Assembly: GCA_035438705.1 (NCBI GenBank)
Contig: DAORIV010000003.1
Coordinates: 4,699-68,698 of the forward strand
DNA: 64,000 nucleotides
DNA from: Parcubacteria group bacterium
GTDB taxonomy: Bacteria > Patescibacteriota > Minisyncoccia > Phycocordibacterales > DATDWN01
Reading direction: 5' to 3'
The position numbers were made by a program, and so were the translations under genes. The notes beneath the pieces were generated by a model, which worked only from the letters and a program-made list of their open reading frames with translations, was not told the origin of the DNA and did not search any database. Positions 60,909-64,000 of the stretch are shown one piece after another (the first letter of the stretch is position 1; the number at the start of each line of letters is the position of its first letter).

Positions 60909-61442
60909 TTACAAACTAAGGTGGTGTTTTTTAAAAATGTTGATAGAAATATGACACACAAAACCCCCGAGCAAAATACCGAAAATCACATCTGTTAACC
61001 AGTGCACCCCGAGATAAATTCTCGAAAATGAAACAAGGATTACCATTAATATGGATACCGAATACAATATTCGTTTATAATTGCCATCCAATTTTTCTTT
61101 AAACGAATAGTATAGACTTATAAAAAATACTGTAGACATAGTTGCGTGATAACTTGGGAAACTACCTCCAAAAGCATACACCAGCCCCTCGACAGGACGA
61201 GTTGTATTGAAAACACTTTTTAGTAAATAAACCAAAACCATGGTTACTAATATATTTGTGAGAAAAAATATAGAGTAATTCTTCCCTCTTATTTTATGTA
61301 CAAAATAAATCACCACCATCGTCATAAGGAAAAAGAAAACAGAAACATCAAACATACTAGTAATAAAATAAAAGATACCATTAAATTCGGACGTCCTAGA
61401 TGATATTAAGTAGTCTTGTACAAATAAATCTAGCTTGTTCAT
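60909..61442 (-). CDS. PAP2 family phosphatase
   Basis: K......RP, SFPSYHA, SRIYLGVHWLTDV. Confidence 0.9.
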   Translation of the reverse strand: MNKLDLFVQDYLISSRTSEFNGIFYFITSMFDVSVFFFLMTMVVIYFVHKIRGKNYSIFFLTNILVTMVLVYLLKSVFNTTRPVEGLVYAFGGSFPSYHATMSTVFFISLYYSFKEKLDGNYKRILYSVSILMVILVSFSRIYLGVHWLTDVIFGILLGGFVCHISINIFKKHHLSL

Positions 61443-61443
61443 T

Positions 61444-62307
61444 TTATTTTTCCCATCTAGCAAATATACCTGAAGACAACAATCTTCCAGCTGATGACTC
61501 TTTTATAGCAAGCTCACCTGAAGAATACTTTCCATTTTCTAGACCAAAAATCTCTTCAAGTATATTTTTATAAGTAATGTGAGAATAGACTGATGCATAG
61601 CCATTTAACACTACAGCTAGCTTATCGTCTGATAAAACATTCTTTACTTTATGTAGAAGTGGCAGTAAGTCTTCTTCTATTTTCCAAACCTTATCATTTG
61701 TACCCTTGCCATAAACCGGCGGATCCATGATAACCACTTCGTACTTATTACCTCTTTTTATTTCTCTTTCAATAAATTTCCTCACATCATCCACAATAAA
61801 ACGAACTGGGTTTTTACCCATTCCACTATCTTCCAAATTTTTCTTCGCATAAGTTACCGGAAATTCTGATGCATCAAGATGAACTACCTCTGCTCCAGCA
61901 CGACTGCATGCCAAAGTGGCACCACCAGTGTGAGCAAAAAGATTAAGAACCTTAATTTTTCTTTCACTCTGTTCTATTTTATCTTCTAGCCACTTCCAAT
62001 TTTGTGATTGCTCAGGAAACAAACCTAGATGTTTTGAAGGTAACAGTTTTAGATTAAATTTAAATCCTTCATATTCTATTTGAAACTCATCATCTATACT
62101 ATTTTTTTTATTCCATCTTCCTGAATGCTCTCCATGCGTAAAGACCGCATCGACATTATCCCAAATCTCTTTTGAAAGTGTCTTACTCCAGATAGCCTGA
62201 TTATCCGGTCTTGAAAACACCAAAGAACCGTACCTCTCGAGTTTCATTCCTTCCCCACTATCTAAAAGTTCGTAACCTTCTGACTTTTCAGTAATTAAAA
62301 TTTCCAT
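61444..62307 (-). CDS. SAM-dependent methyltransferase (RlmI/RlmK-like)
   Basis: YELLDSG..KLERYG, VLNLFAHTGG, MDPP. Confidence 0.85.
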   Translation of the reverse strand: MEILITEKSEGYELLDSGEGMKLERYGSLVFSRPDNQAIWSKTLSKEIWDNVDAVFTHGEHSGRWNKKNSIDDEFQIEYEGFKFNLKLLPSKHLGLFPEQSQNWKWLEDKIEQSERKIKVLNLFAHTGGATLACSRAGAEVVHLDASEFPVTYAKKNLEDSGMGKNPVRFIVDDVRKFIEREIKRGNKYEVVIMDPPVYGKGTNDKVWKIEEDLLPLLHKVKNVLSDDKLAVVLNGYASVYSHITYKNILEEIFGLENGKYSSGELAIKESSAGRLLSSGIFARWEK

Positions 62308-62310
62308 AAA

Positions 62311-62772
62311 TTATTTATTATTAATTATCACAATCGACAAAGCCCCACCATTTGATTCAGAATAGTCTGACCAATTAACCCAATTAGGTTTTATTCTATA
62401 CATAACAAAATTTTCAAAAGAATCTATTTTTGTCACTGGGGCATTCTCTTTCATTCCATATGAAGCCACATCAACATAATTTGCAAGAGAATTTTTAAGA
62501 ATTTCTTTATCTTGTACCTCAGAAATCTCTCCCTCAATTTGTATTGTTTTTGGCGGTTCAATTGTGTTAACTACAAATGCAACCTTTTTATTGATTTTTA
62601 TATTCTGATTTTTTCTAGAATTCACAGAAGTAGCAAAATATATACTAAAATCCTCATCTGCATCATAAAAAACAAAAGCTGACTCTGGACCTTCTTTACC
62701 CACAGTAGAAACAACTCCCCCTTTTTGAGACATTAAAAATGCTAAAGCGTCTTGTTTTGTTTTATTATCCAT
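62311..62772 (-). CDS. Pyridoxamine 5'-phosphate oxidase family protein
   Basis: IYFAT..SRKNQNI..NKKVAF. Confidence 0.8.
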   Translation of the reverse strand: MDNKTKQDALAFLMSQKGGVVSTVGKEGPESAFVFYDADEDFSIYFATSVNSRKNQNIKINKKVAFVVNTIEPPKTIQIEGEISEVQDKEILKNSLANYVDVASYGMKENAPVTKIDSFENFVMYRIKPNWVNWSDYSESNGGALSIVIINNK

Positions 62773-62808
62773 ATAGACATTATACACCCTTCATGTAAAA
62801 AACTAGGC

Positions 62809-62874
62809 AGGTCTTGCGAAGCAATAACATTGCTTCTCACCCCACCTCGGCTCGTCAGCCTTCCGGTCTTGCGA
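62809..62874. repeat. Structured dispersed repeat, family A
   Basis: AGGTCTTGCG-AAGCAAT AAC ATTGCTT-CTCACCCCACCTCGGCTCGTCAG. Confidence 0.65.
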
Positions 62875-62882
62875 GAGTGTCC

Positions 62883-64000
62883 CTACACTCTCTCACCAAT
62901 TTGTTGACGCCACATAGCATAATACAAACCCTTTTGAGAAAGCAGATCATCATGTGTTCCGGATTCTGAAACAACACCTTTCTCCAATACATATATTTTA
63001 TCGGCGTGCATTATTGTAGATAACCTATGTGCAACTAAAACCGTAATATGTTCCTTAGTGCTAGTAACATCTCTAACTGTTTTAGTAATTTCTTCCTCTG
63101 TTATTGAATCAAGTGAAGATGTGGCCTCATCAAACACAAGTAATGTGGGTTTTCTGAGCAATGCTCTTGCAATAGAAAGTCTTTGCTTTTCACCTCCTGA
63201 TATTTTTACACCTCCCTCACCAATAACAGTGTCCAAACCTTCTTTTGCTCGTGACATTAATGAATCACATGCACTCCTATGTAAGACATCTAAACACTCT
63301 TCATCTGTAGCATTTGGATTAACAAAAAGTAAATTCTCGCGAATAGACCCCGCAAAAAGTTGGGTGTCTTGAGTTACAAATCCTATTTGAGACCTTAAAT
63401 CATTTAGATTAATATTTGCACTATTAACTCTATTGTAACTTACTTCACCTTTTGTTGGGTTGTATAGACCAACAATAAGTTTAATCACGCTTGTTTTCCC
63501 AGAACCTGAAGGGCCAACAAAAGCTACTGTCTCCCCCTTACTTATATCAAAAGAAATATTATCAACTGCATTTTCAACATTATCACTGTAAGAAAATGAG
63601 ACATCCTGGAATTTTATATTTTCTAAATGTCCTACATGCTTAGAATCTACGGGAATTGGCTCAATTGGCTTATCAATTATCTCCTTATATCTTTTCAATG
63701 AAACTTCCGTCTCTCGGTAACTATTCATAACCGTACCCAACATTTGCAACGGTTCAAAGATAAAGTATGAATAAATTAGTAGTGAGAAAAATTGACCGAC
63801 AGTAATTATTCCCTTAAAAATTAATACGAACATAAAAAGCTGTATACCAGTTCTAAGGAAATTTATTATCGTCCCCTGAATAAAACTAATACTTCTAATA
63901 TACTTAAGTTTTTGAAGTTCTAGGCTAAGTATCTTTTCAGTTGTATTGTTAAGTCTTCCTATTTCCTGATCACTGAGACCTAGACTTTTTACCAACTCAA
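62883..64000 (-). CDS. ABC exporter, fused permease/ATPase (5' part outside the window)
   Basis: GPSGSGKT, ISGGEKQR, DEATSSLD. Confidence 0.93.
   Translation of the reverse strand, partial: ELVKSLGLSDQEIGRLNNTTEKILSLELQKLKYIRSISFIQGTIINFLRTGIQLFMFVLIFKGIITVGQFFSLLIYSYFIFEPLQMLGTVMNSYRETEVSLKRYKEIIDKPIEPIPVDSKHVGHLENIKFQDVSFSYSDNVENAVDNISFDISKGETVAFVGPSGSGKTSVIKLIVGLYNPTKGEVSYNRVNSANINLNDLRSQIGFVTQDTQLFAGSIRENLLFVNPNATDEECLDVLHRSACDSLMSRAKEGLDTVIGEGGVKISGGEKQRLSIARALLRKPTLLVFDEATSSLDSITEEEITKTVRDVTSTKEHITVLVAHRLSTIMHADKIYVLEKGVVSESGTHDDLLSQKGLYYAMWRQQIGERV

Overview
AT-rich chromosomal window from a Candidate Phyla Radiation (Patescibacteria, most likely Parcubacteria) bacterium, genetic code 11. 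Housekeeping content includes rodA, a 23S-5S rRNA unit with no adjacent 16S, rplJL, an S-layer-like protein, ftsK, recA, recG, type IV pilin-like genes, tRNA-Ile(UAU), ftsH, smpB/tmRNA, efp, rpsF-ssb-rpsR, metG, glyQS, ileS with a T-box, argS and secE-nusG-rplK. The left end is a tandem array of large Cys-rich surface-protein genes with identical 3' parts. Three signals stand out. (1) There appear to be two gene classes. Housekeeping genes are AT-rich, lack Shine-Dalgarno (SD) sites and are often leaderless. Seven scattered single genes (two lipoproteins, two small ORFs, tmk, thyX, dcd) instead have strong SD sites and long-stem 3' hairpins, and the larger ones have GC-richer codon usage; this may mean they are built for another cell's (the host's) ribosomes. 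(2) A group I intron at 23S position 2593 carries, in its P6 loop, two tandem CCA-ended RNAs, one a tRNA-Glu-like molecule with a 15-nt anticodon loop. (3) A second 23S intron appears to end in A instead of G. All calls were made by eye from the sequence and the ORF track; no searches were run.
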